Positions 10,135 through 19,074 of a stretch of 64,000 bases of DNA are shown here, one piece after another; positions within the stretch are counted from its first letter, which is position 1, and every line of letters begins with the position of its first letter. The notes under the pieces are model-generated. The model was not told the DNA's origin, did no database searches, and saw nothing but the letters and a program-made list of their open reading frames with translations. Origin of the DNA: Myxococcales bacterium (GTDB lineage Bacteria; Myxococcota_A; Polyangia; Haliangiales; SHYZ01); the NCBI GenBank assembly GCA_009692535.1, contig SHYZ01000001.1, positions 15,360 to 79,359 on the forward strand, in the 5' to 3' direction. Both the position numbers and the translations under genes were made by a program.

Positions 10135-10827
10135 ATGCCGAAGCGCGCGGTCCTGCTCCTCTCGGGCGGCCTCGACTCCACGACGACCGCGGCGATCGCG
10201 CGCTCCGAGGGGTACGAGCTCTACGCGCTCACGGTGCGCTATGGCCAGCGACACGCGTCCGAGGTCGAGGCCGCGCGACGCGTCGCCGCTGCACTCGGCC
10301 TTGCGGCGCACCACGTGCTCGACCTCGACCTCGCCAGTCTCGGCGGCTCGGCGCTGACCGACGCGCACGCAACGATCCCGAAGGACCGCTCGCTCGACGA
10401 GATCGGCGCGCCCGGCGACGTGCCGTCGACCTACGTGCCGGCGCGGAACACCGTGCTCCTCGCGCTCGCGCTCGCGTGGGCGGAGACGCTCGGTGCAGAG
10501 GCGATCTTCCTTGGGGTGAACGTGCTCGACGCCTCGGGCTACCCCGACTGTCGCGCTGAGTTCGTCGCTGCGTTCGAGGCGCTCGCACGCACGGCGACCC
10601 GCGCTGCTGTCACCGGCGCGAGCATCGCGATCCGTGCGCCGCTGATCACGCTCACCAAGGCGGAGATCATTCGGCGCGGCGTCGCGCTCGGGATCGACTT
10701 CGGCCTCACCGAGTCCTGCTACGACCCGCCGGCGGCGCAGTTCGCGTGCGGCCGGTGCGATGCCTGCGCCCTGCGCCGGAAGGGCTTCGCCGAGGCTGGC
10801 GTCGTCGATCCGACACGCTACGGCTAG
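10135..10827 (+). CDS. queC: 7-cyano-7-deazaguanine (preQ0) synthase
   Basis: PP-loop LLSGGLDSTT, YVPARNTVLL, and the C-terminal zinc cluster SCY...CGRCDACALRRKGF. Confidence 0.93.
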   Translation: MPKRAVLLLSGGLDSTTTAAIARSEGYELYALTVRYGQRHASEVEAARRVAAALGLAAHHVLDLDLASLGGSALTDAHATIPKDRSLDEIGAPGDVPSTYVPARNTVLLALALAWAETLGAEAIFLGVNVLDASGYPDCRAEFVAAFEALARTATRAAVTGASIAIRAPLITLTKAEIIRRGVALGIDFGLTESCYDPPAAQFACGRCDACALRRKGFAEAGVVDPTRYG

Positions 10828-10866
10828 TCGGCGGTAGCCGGCCAGCGTGGTGGTATCCTCGCGCCG

Positions 10867-11787
10867 ATGACGATGGTCCGTCGCAAGCAGCTGACGAGTC
10901 TCCTTGTGGGTACGCTTCTTGGCACCGCTGCCGCGCTCGCGTCACCGGCGGAGGCTGGCAAAGTGTCCGGCGTGGCGAAGGACGCCACCGCCAGCACCAC
11001 CTACGGCACCGCCGAGCGTCGCGCGGTCGGCCGGCTCTTCGACGGTGACCCGGCGACCACATGGTGCGGCTCACGCAAGGTGAAGGACACCGTCACGCTC
11101 GCACTCGGCGAGAGCATGCCGCTCACGGTGCTCACGCTCTCGCTCGGCAACGCCTCGGCCTGGAAGGACTCGCCGCGCGTAAAGCAGGTGATCGTCACCG
11201 TGCGCGAAGGCGACCGCACGGTGAAGAAGATTCGGCACAAATGGCCCGACCACGACGAGCCGAGCGACGGCACGGTGAACCTCGGCGCACCCGGCGACAA
11301 CGTGCTGGTCGAGTTCGACAAGGTCTATGCGGGGGCGACGCCGCGTGCGCTCTGCGTCGGCGAGTTCGGGCTCGAGGGCGTCGACACCGCGGCGGTCGCG
11401 CTCGCTGGGATGTCCGACGAAGAACGGCTCGGCGCCGTGATGCGCAGCTTCACGAGCGTGCGCGAGGGAGACGGTGCGAACGCGACGCTGGCGATCAAGC
11501 GGGGCGGAATGTTTACCTTCGAGGCCAGCGACCTTCGCGTGTCGGGCCGGTGGTCTTTCGCGGCCGCACCAGGGACCGGGACGACGGCGAAGACGATGCT
11601 CCGCTTCACGCCGCAGTCCGCGGTGGACGGCTCAAAGCGACTCACGGTGCCGGCGGGGCTGGCCACGCATTACGTGCCGATGCGCCACGGCGCCGGCACA
11701 CCGCCCGTGCCGGTTCCATGGCTCTCCTACGCTAACGAAGCCGGTGCGCTCGCGCTCGCGCAGCCGGTCGAAGTTCAGCCGGAGTGA
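10867..11787 (+). CDS. Secreted protein with an N-terminal discoidin/glycan-binding-like domain
   Basis: Signal peptide LLVGTLLGTAAALASPAEA. The FDGDPATTWC motif resembles F5/8 type C or NADase-type glycan-binding domains. The rest is unassigned. Confidence 0.5.
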   Translation: MTMVRRKQLTSLLVGTLLGTAAALASPAEAGKVSGVAKDATASTTYGTAERRAVGRLFDGDPATTWCGSRKVKDTVTLALGESMPLTVLTLSLGNASAWKDSPRVKQVIVTVREGDRTVKKIRHKWPDHDEPSDGTVNLGAPGDNVLVEFDKVYAGATPRALCVGEFGLEGVDTAAVALAGMSDEERLGAVMRSFTSVREGDGANATLAIKRGGMFTFEASDLRVSGRWSFAAAPGTGTTAKTMLRFTPQSAVDGSKRLTVPAGLATHYVPMRHGAGTPPVPVPWLSYANEAGALALAQPVEVQPE

Positions 11788-12350
11788 GCCGCGCGCCGCG
11801 GAGCGCGCTTCGCTACTTTTGCGACAGTCGCACGCTTCGCCACGGTCGCACGCTTCGCCACGGCCGCGCGCTTCGCAACGGCCGCACGCTTCGCAACGGC
11901 CGCACGCTTCGCAACGGCCGCGCGCTTCGCAACGGCCGCACGCTTCGCAACGGCCGCACGCCCCGGGTACTCGTCGTACTTCTCCGCCCGGCCACGCACG
12001 AGCTCGATCGGGTAGCGCCGTCCGGTCGCAGCGAGCTTGCGCACCACTGCGCTCGACAGATCCACGTCGACGACGTTGCACAGGTTGAGCAGGCAGATCG
12101 CCACATCGGCCAGCTCCGCCTCGAGCCGCTTCCGCCGCGCCGGGGTCCGCGCCGCGCGACGCGACTCCGGCCCCTCCATCCAGAGAAATAGCTCCATGAG
12201 CTCGGCCGCCTCGCACGCCACGGCCATCGCGACGTTTTTCGGCGAGTGGTACCGCGCCCAGTCGCGCTCGGCGACGAACTCGGCGACGCGTGCCCGCAGC
12301 GCGGCGATCGTGACCGCGGCATCGGCCACCAAAGGACGCCCGCGACTCAC
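11775..12350 (-). CDS. DCTPP1/RS21-C6-type all-alpha dCTP pyrophosphatase (MazG-like) with a C-terminal (AAVAKR)n basic tail
   Basis: ERDWARYHSPKNVAMAVACEAAELMELFLW, ELADVAICLLNL and VDLSSAVVRKLAATGRRYP match the RDW..FH.P.N......E.GEL.ELFQW / LSDVLIYL / RYP signature of RS21-C6/DCTPP1. The GTG start overlaps the methyltransferase stop (GTGA). Confidence 0.8.
   Translation of the reverse strand: MSRGRPLVADAAVTIAALRARVAEFVAERDWARYHSPKNVAMAVACEAAELMELFLWMEGPESRRAARTPARRKRLEAELADVAICLLNLCNVVDVDLSSAVVRKLAATGRRYPIELVRGRAEKYDEYPGRAAVAKRAAVAKRAAVAKRAAVAKRAAVAKRAAVAKRATVAKRATVAKVAKRAPRRAAHSG
11815..11960 (-). repeat. Coding 18-bp tandem repeat (about 8 near-identical units; AAVAKR/ATVAKR)
   Basis: Plus-strand unit is cgcttcgcaacggccgca, with wobble-position variants. 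Confidence 0.9.
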
Positions 12351-13648
12351 GAACGGTGGAGCAGGATGAGGTGCTCGCGCTTGGGGCGCACGGAGAACGC
12401 CTGCCGCTCGGGTGGGTGGATGCGCCGCTCCTGCCCGGCGCGAGCCATCACGCGAAATCCCGCGGTCGGTGCGAGGCGCGTGATGAGGTCGTCAGCGTGA
12501 ACCGCGACCGCGCGGGGCCCGTCGCCGGCAAGCGAGTCGCCGAGGAGCAGGACCGCCGCACCGTCGGGGCGGAGCACGCGCGCGAGCTCCGAAAGCACCG
12601 CCGCAAGGTCGGCATGCCACGCCGCCATCCCCGCGCGCAGGTCAGCGAACCCGCGCCGCGAGCCGATCTCGGCGTCGAAAAACGTGCTGTCGTCGAGACT
12701 GAGAAACGCGAGCCGAAGCTCGTGGTGGCCGACGTAGTCATAGGTGCCGGCATACGGCGGCGAGGTCACGACGACGTCGACCGAGCCCGGCGCGATCCCG
12801 GCGAGGTCGAGCCGGCGCGCGTCGCCCGCCACGAAGCGGGGCGCCGCGGTGCCCGTCGGTACCTTGGCCGCGAGCGCGGTGAGGCCTTGCACCAGCTCCT
12901 CGGCACGCGCTGCGAAGAGCCGTGCCGGCATGCCGCGCCCGATCCGGCGCTCGACGAGACCGCGTGCGGAGTCCGCCTCCCGGCGCGAGACCTTGACCAG
13001 AATCGACGAGAGCAGCGCCTCGAGCAGCACCCGCAGCTCGAGGTCGGACTCGCGCGCGACGAGCGCGGCGATGGTCTCTAGCTCGCGCCGCACATGGGGC
13101 GCGAACATTCCCTTGAGCGCGGTGTCCCGTCGCTCTGCCGCACGGCTGCCCCCCGGCTGCCGCGCCGCTGGCGCCTCGTACCCGCTGCGTCGCGACGCCT
13201 TGCCCTCGTCGACCGCGAGTGCGGCCAGTCGGCGGGCACGCGTGACCAACTCGGTCCGCCGCGCCTGCGGCCGCAGCCAAATCTTGGCGCGCGTCACCAG
13301 CGACGCAAGCGGGCTGGCGTCGATACCGATCGCGCTGGCACCGACACGCACCGCCTCGACGAGCACGGTGCCCGAGCCGCAAAATGGATCGAGCACCACG
13401 CGGCCGCGAATCGCGCCCGCCACGACCAGCGCGCGCCGCGCCGTGAGCGGGTGCATGCGCGCCGGGTAGGAGTGAAACCCATGGGTGAACTCGTGGGCAC
13501 GGTCAGCGGAGATCTCCGCCACGTCGAGCGCACGTGCGAGCAGGTCGGCGGTGCGCCGGTCACCTTGGCGATCGATCGGCGCCGCCCGAGTCGCCTGCGA
13601 GAGCGCGCGCCGCAACCTGGGCCGGCGCTGTTCGGGTCGATCCATCAT
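12347..13648 (-). CDS. Orphan SAM-dependent DNA (N4-C/N6-A type) methyltransferase
   Basis: FHSYPARMHP...VLDPFCGSGT (AdoMet motif I) lies near the N-terminus. VVVTSPPYAGTYDY (motif IV, SPPY) follows about 200 aa later. No endonuclease gene is adjacent. Confidence 0.75.
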   Translation of the reverse strand: MMDRPEQRRPRLRRALSQATRAAPIDRQGDRRTADLLARALDVAEISADRAHEFTHGFHSYPARMHPLTARRALVVAGAIRGRVVLDPFCGSGTVLVEAVRVGASAIGIDASPLASLVTRAKIWLRPQARRTELVTRARRLAALAVDEGKASRRSGYEAPAARQPGGSRAAERRDTALKGMFAPHVRRELETIAALVARESDLELRVLLEALLSSILVKVSRREADSARGLVERRIGRGMPARLFAARAEELVQGLTALAAKVPTGTAAPRFVAGDARRLDLAGIAPGSVDVVVTSPPYAGTYDYVGHHELRLAFLSLDDSTFFDAEIGSRRGFADLRAGMAAWHADLAAVLSELARVLRPDGAAVLLLGDSLAGDGPRAVAVHADDLITRLAPTAGFRVMARAGQERRIHPPERQAFSVRPKREHLILLHRS

Positions 13649-13732
13649 CGGCAGTCATACACCGATGCCGTGGCGCGCGCGCGCGGATGATGCGCACCGT
13701 TCTCGGGTATTCTTCGGGACGGTCTCGCCCAG

Positions 13733-15253
13733 ATGCCCCGCCCCTGTCGCCTGCTCGTCTCGAGCTTGACGCTGCTCCTCTTCCTCGCGCACCCGATCGG
13801 GGCCCGCGGCGATGGCCGCGCGCTCGACGAAGCCCGGGTCCACTTCGAGGCCGGACAGAGCCTGTTCGAGAAGGGCGAGTACGGGCTCGCCTCGTCGGCG
13901 TTCCTCGCCGCCTACGCCGCGCGACCGTTCGCGGCATTTCTATTCAACGCCGCCGTCGCCGAGGAGCGAAAGGGCGATCTCGCAAAAGCGGTCGACCTGT
14001 TCCGTCGCTACCTCACCGAGGAGTCGGCCGCTACCGACGGCGTGGAAATCGCCGCGCGCATCAAGTCCCTCGAGGACCGACTCGCGGTGCCCGCGACCAC
14101 GCCGCCGCCCGACACCACGCCGCCGCCCGACACCACGCCGCCGCCCGACACCACGCCGCCGCCCGACACCACGCCGCCGCCCGACACCACGCCGCCGCCC
14201 GACACCACGCCGCCGCCCGACACCACGCCGCCGTTGCCGCAACTGCCGCCGTTGCCCGACGTTGGGATCAAGGGCCTCATCGCCGTCGAGACCGAGCCCG
14301 CCGGCGCGATGATCTACCTCGACCGCAAGGAGCCCTCCGCGCTCCTCGGCGCTGCGCCGTGGCACGGCTCGCTCTCCGGGCAGCACACGCTGATCGTGGA
14401 GCTGCGCGGCCACCAGCAGGTGCGCCGTGCCGTCAATCACTTAAGAAACACCTTCTACGTCTACTCGTTTGGGCTCAAGCGCGACGCGATCCTCGGCTTC
14501 GTCGAGATCCGCTCAAACATCCCGCACGCCGACGTCTTCATCGATCGCAAGGAGGACGGCGCCGTCGGTCGTACGCCCTACCTCGGCAACCTTCCGCGTG
14601 GCCTGCACACGATCTGGGTTCGGAAGGAGGGGTACGTCGAGGCGAAGCGCACGATCTTCGTGCAAGCCGAAGGCGCGCAGAGCATCGCGGTCCCGCTCGA
14701 GCTCGCACCATCGGGCTTCATCCGCATCGGCGGCGATGCCTCGACCGAGGGCGCGCAGGTGCTCCTCGACGGGCACCGCGTCGCCGCCTGTCCACAAATC
14801 CCCTGCCGCTTCGAAGCGCCCGAGGGAACCCATACACTGTCGATCCGAAAGGGCGGCAAGAAGCCGGTCGACCGCTCGCTCGCGGTGACGCCCGCTACTG
14901 AGCAGTCGGTGGCCGTAAAGCTCGCGGCGAAGCCGAGCCGCTCCGACGCCATCCTCCCGATCCTCATCTCGGCCGGCGTGGCCACCGGCGCCGTGTTCCT
15001 GCTGCGTGAGGCCGACGCGCGCGCGGCCGCGTACACCGATCCCTCGACGCCGCAGCCCGACGAGATCCGCGTCTTCCGCATCGGCGCGGCGGTCGCGTTC
15101 GGCCTCTCCGGCCTCTCGCTCGCGCAAGGGCTTTACTACCTCGTGCGCGACAAGGGACCGCCATCGTCCGCGGTCGTCGAGACCTCGCGGCTCAGCTTCG
15201 CGCCGGCGCTCGGTCCCGGACTGCTCGGACTCGCGGCCCAGGGCGTCTTCTGA
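13733..15253 (+). CDS. TPR + (PPPDTT)n + triple PEGA-domain membrane protein
   Basis: Has a signal peptide and a TPR-like segment (FEAGQSLFEKGEYGLASSAFLAAY). Three PEGA-like modules are present (EPAGAMIYLD, HADVFIDRKEDG...GYVEAKRTIFV, GAQVLLDGHRV). There is a C-terminal TM helix. Confidence 0.75.
   Translation: MPRPCRLLVSSLTLLLFLAHPIGARGDGRALDEARVHFEAGQSLFEKGEYGLASSAFLAAYAARPFAAFLFNAAVAEERKGDLAKAVDLFRRYLTEESAATDGVEIAARIKSLEDRLAVPATTPPPDTTPPPDTTPPPDTTPPPDTTPPPDTTPPPDTTPPPDTTPPLPQLPPLPDVGIKGLIAVETEPAGAMIYLDRKEPSALLGAAPWHGSLSGQHTLIVELRGHQQVRRAVNHLRNTFYVYSFGLKRDAILGFVEIRSNIPHADVFIDRKEDGAVGRTPYLGNLPRGLHTIWVRKEGYVEAKRTIFVQAEGAQSIAVPLELAPSGFIRIGGDASTEGAQVLLDGHRVAACPQIPCRFEAPEGTHTLSIRKGGKKPVDRSLAVTPATEQSVAVKLAAKPSRSDAILPILISAGVATGAVFLLREADARAAAYTDPSTPQPDEIRVFRIGAAVAFGLSGLSLAQGLYYLVRDKGPPSSAVVETSRLSFAPALGPGLLGLAAQGVF
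14096..14233 (+). repeat. Coding 18-bp perfect tandem repeat (about 7.7 copies; TTPPPD)
   Basis: The unit accacgccgccgcccgac is repeated head to tail with no mismatches that I could see. Confidence 0.92.
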
Positions 15254-15290
15254 GCATGACTCACGCGGCGGCTGTCCGAAGGACCGACCT

Positions 15291-17108
15291 ATGCCGCACG
15301 TAAGGATTTGCCCGCGGTGCCAGGGGGCGTTCGACGAGGGCACTGAGTTCTGCCCACGCCACGGGCTCGCGCTCGTCACGCAAGGGGCGACCATGGTCGC
15401 GCCGGCGCGCGCGCCGATCGCCGAGACCCTCGAGGGACTCACGCTCGATGGCCGCTACCAAATCGAGGCGCGCATCGGCGAGGGCGGCATGGGCGTCGTC
15501 TACCGCGCGCACCACCGCATCCTCGAGAAGAAGGTCGCGATCAAGGTGCTGCGCCCGCAGGTGGCGCGCGACACGACGCTGCTCGAGCGCTTCGTGACGG
15601 AGGCGAAGGCGGCCTCGCGCATCCGCCACCCGAGCATCGTCGACATCCACGACTTTGGCACGCTGCCGGATGGCGGCGCGTACTTCGTGATGGACTACTT
15701 CGCCGGCCCGACGCTGGCGCAGGCGCTACGCCAGTCGGGACCGATGCCAGCCGCGCGCGCCGTGGGCATCATGATGCAGCTCGGCCGCGCGCTCGCCGCC
15801 GCACACGAGCGACAGGTCGTGCATCGCGACCTCAAGCCCGACAACATCTTCGTGCTCGACGAGGATGGTCGCGCCGATGTCGTAAAGATCGTCGACTTCG
15901 GCATCGCGAAGCTGCTCTCCGATGACGAGTCGTCTCGGCGCCTGACCATGGCGGGCGCGGTCTTCGGCACGCCGGAGTACATGGCGCCGGAGCAAGCGAG
16001 CGGCCTGCCCGATCTCGATCACCGCGTAGACATCCATGCTCTCGGCGCGATTTTCTACGAGCTCGTCGTCGGCAAAGTGCCGCTCCAGGGCAGGTCGCCG
16101 CTCGAGACGCTCGCGATGCAGCTACGCGATCCGATCGTGCCACCGCTGACGCGACGGCCGGAGATCGACCTCTCGCCGGCGCTCGAAGCGATCATCATGA
16201 AGGCCCTCGCGCGCGACCGGAACGCACGCCACGCGACGATGAACGAGTTCATCGCGGAGCTCATGGAGGTCACGCACTGGGGCGAGACCAGCGCGGTGCA
16301 TGTCACCGCGGGCGCACGCACGGGCGCGATTGCCGCGGGGCCTGTGGCGTTTGCGCCGTCTGTCGTGAGGGCCCCGGCGCCCAAGTGGTCGCCGATGGCG
16401 CGCACGATCATGCCGGAGCCCGCGTGGGCCGCGCGCCTGGGCGGACTCGACGCGGCACCCGAGACACCCGTCAAGGCGAGTCCCCGGATGACACCGAGCG
16501 ACAACGACGTGGGCGGCACGACGCGGGTCGCCCCTGCGCCGAGTCGATTCGGGTTGCTCGCGCTCGTACTCGCGCTCGCCGTACTCGGAGCTGCCAGCGT
16601 CGTGGTGTTTCGGCGAGTGAGCCGACCGGCAAGCAACCTCGTCGACGCCGCGCCGCCCGCGCCCCGCGGGGACGACCGACTCGACGCAAGCCCCGCGACG
16701 CTCCCCGACGCTGCGCCGTCCCTCTCGGCGCGCGATGCGGCCGTCACCCGCCGCCCGCCCGACGCCCGCGCTGCGTCCCCGCGCCCACCAGTGCGCGACC
16801 CGGTGGACGCCGCGCCGCGCGTTGTCGCCCCGCCACGACTGCTCACGATCGCCGTCGCTACGGAGCCCGCGGGCGCCAAGGTTACGCTCGACGGCCGCGA
16901 CACAGTAGACGGCGCTGCGGCCACGCGCCCACTCGGCGCAACCCTGTCGGCCACCTGCGAGCTCGGCGGCCACGAACCCGGCCGCGTCACGCTCCTGTTC
17001 GATGGGAGCGCCAACACGGTCGTCTGCCGGATGAACAAGCGCGTGCGCTGCGTGCCCGGGCTAAAGGATCCCTTCGGCAACTGGTGCCCCGACGCTGGCG
17101 TGCCGTAA
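15291..17108 (+). CDS. Ser/Thr protein kinase with an N-terminal zinc ribbon and a C-terminal PEGA-like domain
   Basis: The ATG at 15291 (track ORF starts at 15006) gives MPHVRICPRCQGAFDEGTEFCPRHG. Kinase motifs present are GEGGMGVVY, VAIK, HRDLKPDN, DFG and GTPEYMAPE. It also has a TM helix and a C-terminal EPAGAKVTLDG. Confidence 0.92.
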   Translation: MPHVRICPRCQGAFDEGTEFCPRHGLALVTQGATMVAPARAPIAETLEGLTLDGRYQIEARIGEGGMGVVYRAHHRILEKKVAIKVLRPQVARDTTLLERFVTEAKAASRIRHPSIVDIHDFGTLPDGGAYFVMDYFAGPTLAQALRQSGPMPAARAVGIMMQLGRALAAAHERQVVHRDLKPDNIFVLDEDGRADVVKIVDFGIAKLLSDDESSRRLTMAGAVFGTPEYMAPEQASGLPDLDHRVDIHALGAIFYELVVGKVPLQGRSPLETLAMQLRDPIVPPLTRRPEIDLSPALEAIIMKALARDRNARHATMNEFIAELMEVTHWGETSAVHVTAGARTGAIAAGPVAFAPSVVRAPAPKWSPMARTIMPEPAWAARLGGLDAAPETPVKASPRMTPSDNDVGGTTRVAPAPSRFGLLALVLALAVLGAASVVVFRRVSRPASNLVDAAPPAPRGDDRLDASPATLPDAAPSLSARDAAVTRRPPDARAASPRPPVRDPVDAAPRVVAPPRLLTIAVATEPAGAKVTLDGRDTVDGAAATRPLGATLSATCELGGHEPGRVTLLFDGSANTVVCRMNKRVRCVPGLKDPFGNWCPDAGVP

Positions 17109-17144
17109 TAGACCGTCAGGCTACGCGCCCGCGGCGGCAGAACG

Positions 17145-17777
17145 CTACGCCGCGCCGTGGCAGCGCTTGAACTTCGTCCCGCTGCCGCAGTGACACGGAT
17201 CGTTGCGGCCAATCTTCGGCTCAGTACGCACGACCGGGTGCAGGCTCTGCGCGGGCAGGCGACCGGCCAGCGCCGCGTCGAACGCCTCGACGAAAACCTG
17301 CGTGGGCCGCATGAGCGCCGCCGCGACCTCGGCGGTGATCGCGCTCTCGCGCACGTCCTCTTCGACGAGCTCCTGCAGCTTGGCGACGATATGCGGCTGC
17401 CGCTCCTTCAGGCCCGGCGCGACCCGCTCGTGAATAGCGAGCTCCTCGCCGCCGGCGAGCCGACCGAGCTCCTCGTCGATGAGCGCAGCCGCCGCGGTGA
17501 GCGTCTCAGGCAGCAGGCGCGGCACGGTACGCGGAAACGCACGATCGAACATCGCCCAGACCAGCGTGCCGTAAAAGACCGCCGCCTCGCTGGCCGGCGC
17601 CCCGTCGGCGCCCTTGGTGCCGGCTGCGAACTGAAGCAGCGCCGGCTGATCCTTGCCGAGGCGTCGCGCCAGCTCGTTCATCGTCCGACGGTCGCCCGCC
17701 TGGTCGAGTCCGGTGAAGTGATCGATCGTGCCGGTTACCGCCTCGGCGGAGACCATCGTGCTCTCGTTGTCGCTCAT
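17145..17777 (-). CDS. SEC-C motif (zinc-binding tail) protein
   Basis: The C-terminus is [17 protein letters not shown]. Confidence 0.75.
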   Translation of the reverse strand: MSDNESTMVSAEAVTGTIDHFTGLDQAGDRRTMNELARRLGKDQPALLQFAAGTKGADGAPASEAAVFYGTLVWAMFDRAFPRTVPRLLPETLTAAAALIDEELGRLAGGEELAIHERVAPGLKERQPHIVAKLQELVEEDVRESAITAEVAAALMRPTQVFVEAFDAALAGRLPAQSLHPVVRTEPKIGRNDPCHCGSGTKFKRCHGAA

Positions 17778-17852
17778 CGTCGCCCGGCAGTTTGCCGACG
17801 GCGCGGGGCGAGATCAAGCACCACGCGCGGCCCGCTGCGTTATCTTCGCGCC

Positions 17853-19067
<1,215 letters not shown>

Positions 19068-19074
19068 CCGCTGC

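Noticed and set aside
10135-13648. queC near a DNA methyltransferase as a possible Dpd-like 7-deazaguanine DNA-modification island
   Set aside because: There is no DpdA/TGT-like transglycosylase, no queD/queE/folE, and no helicase or nuclease genes. queC is separated from the MTase by an unrelated secreted protein and is on the opposite strand. It is most simply the housekeeping queuosine gene.
11775-13648. MazG-like gene as part of a mazEF toxin-antitoxin locus, or the MTase as part of a restriction-modification system
   Set aside because: There are no small antitoxin/toxin ORFs and no endonuclease-like ORF on either side. The flanks are a secreted protein and a divergent TPR/PEGA gene.
7756-14233. 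Tandem repeat arrays considered as possible CRISPR arrays
   Set aside because: The repeats are 15-18 bp, directly abutting with no spacers, and lie in frame inside coding sequences. No cas genes are present.
15006-15290. 95-codon N-terminal extension of the kinase ORF, with similar extensions at 17157-17852, 44786-45073, 46320-47156, 48205-49503 and 62162-62314
   Set aside because: The extensions are Arg/Ser/Pro-rich and overlap the preceding gene in another frame. Internal starts create GTGA/ATGA couplings or proper signal peptides and Rossmann N-termini.
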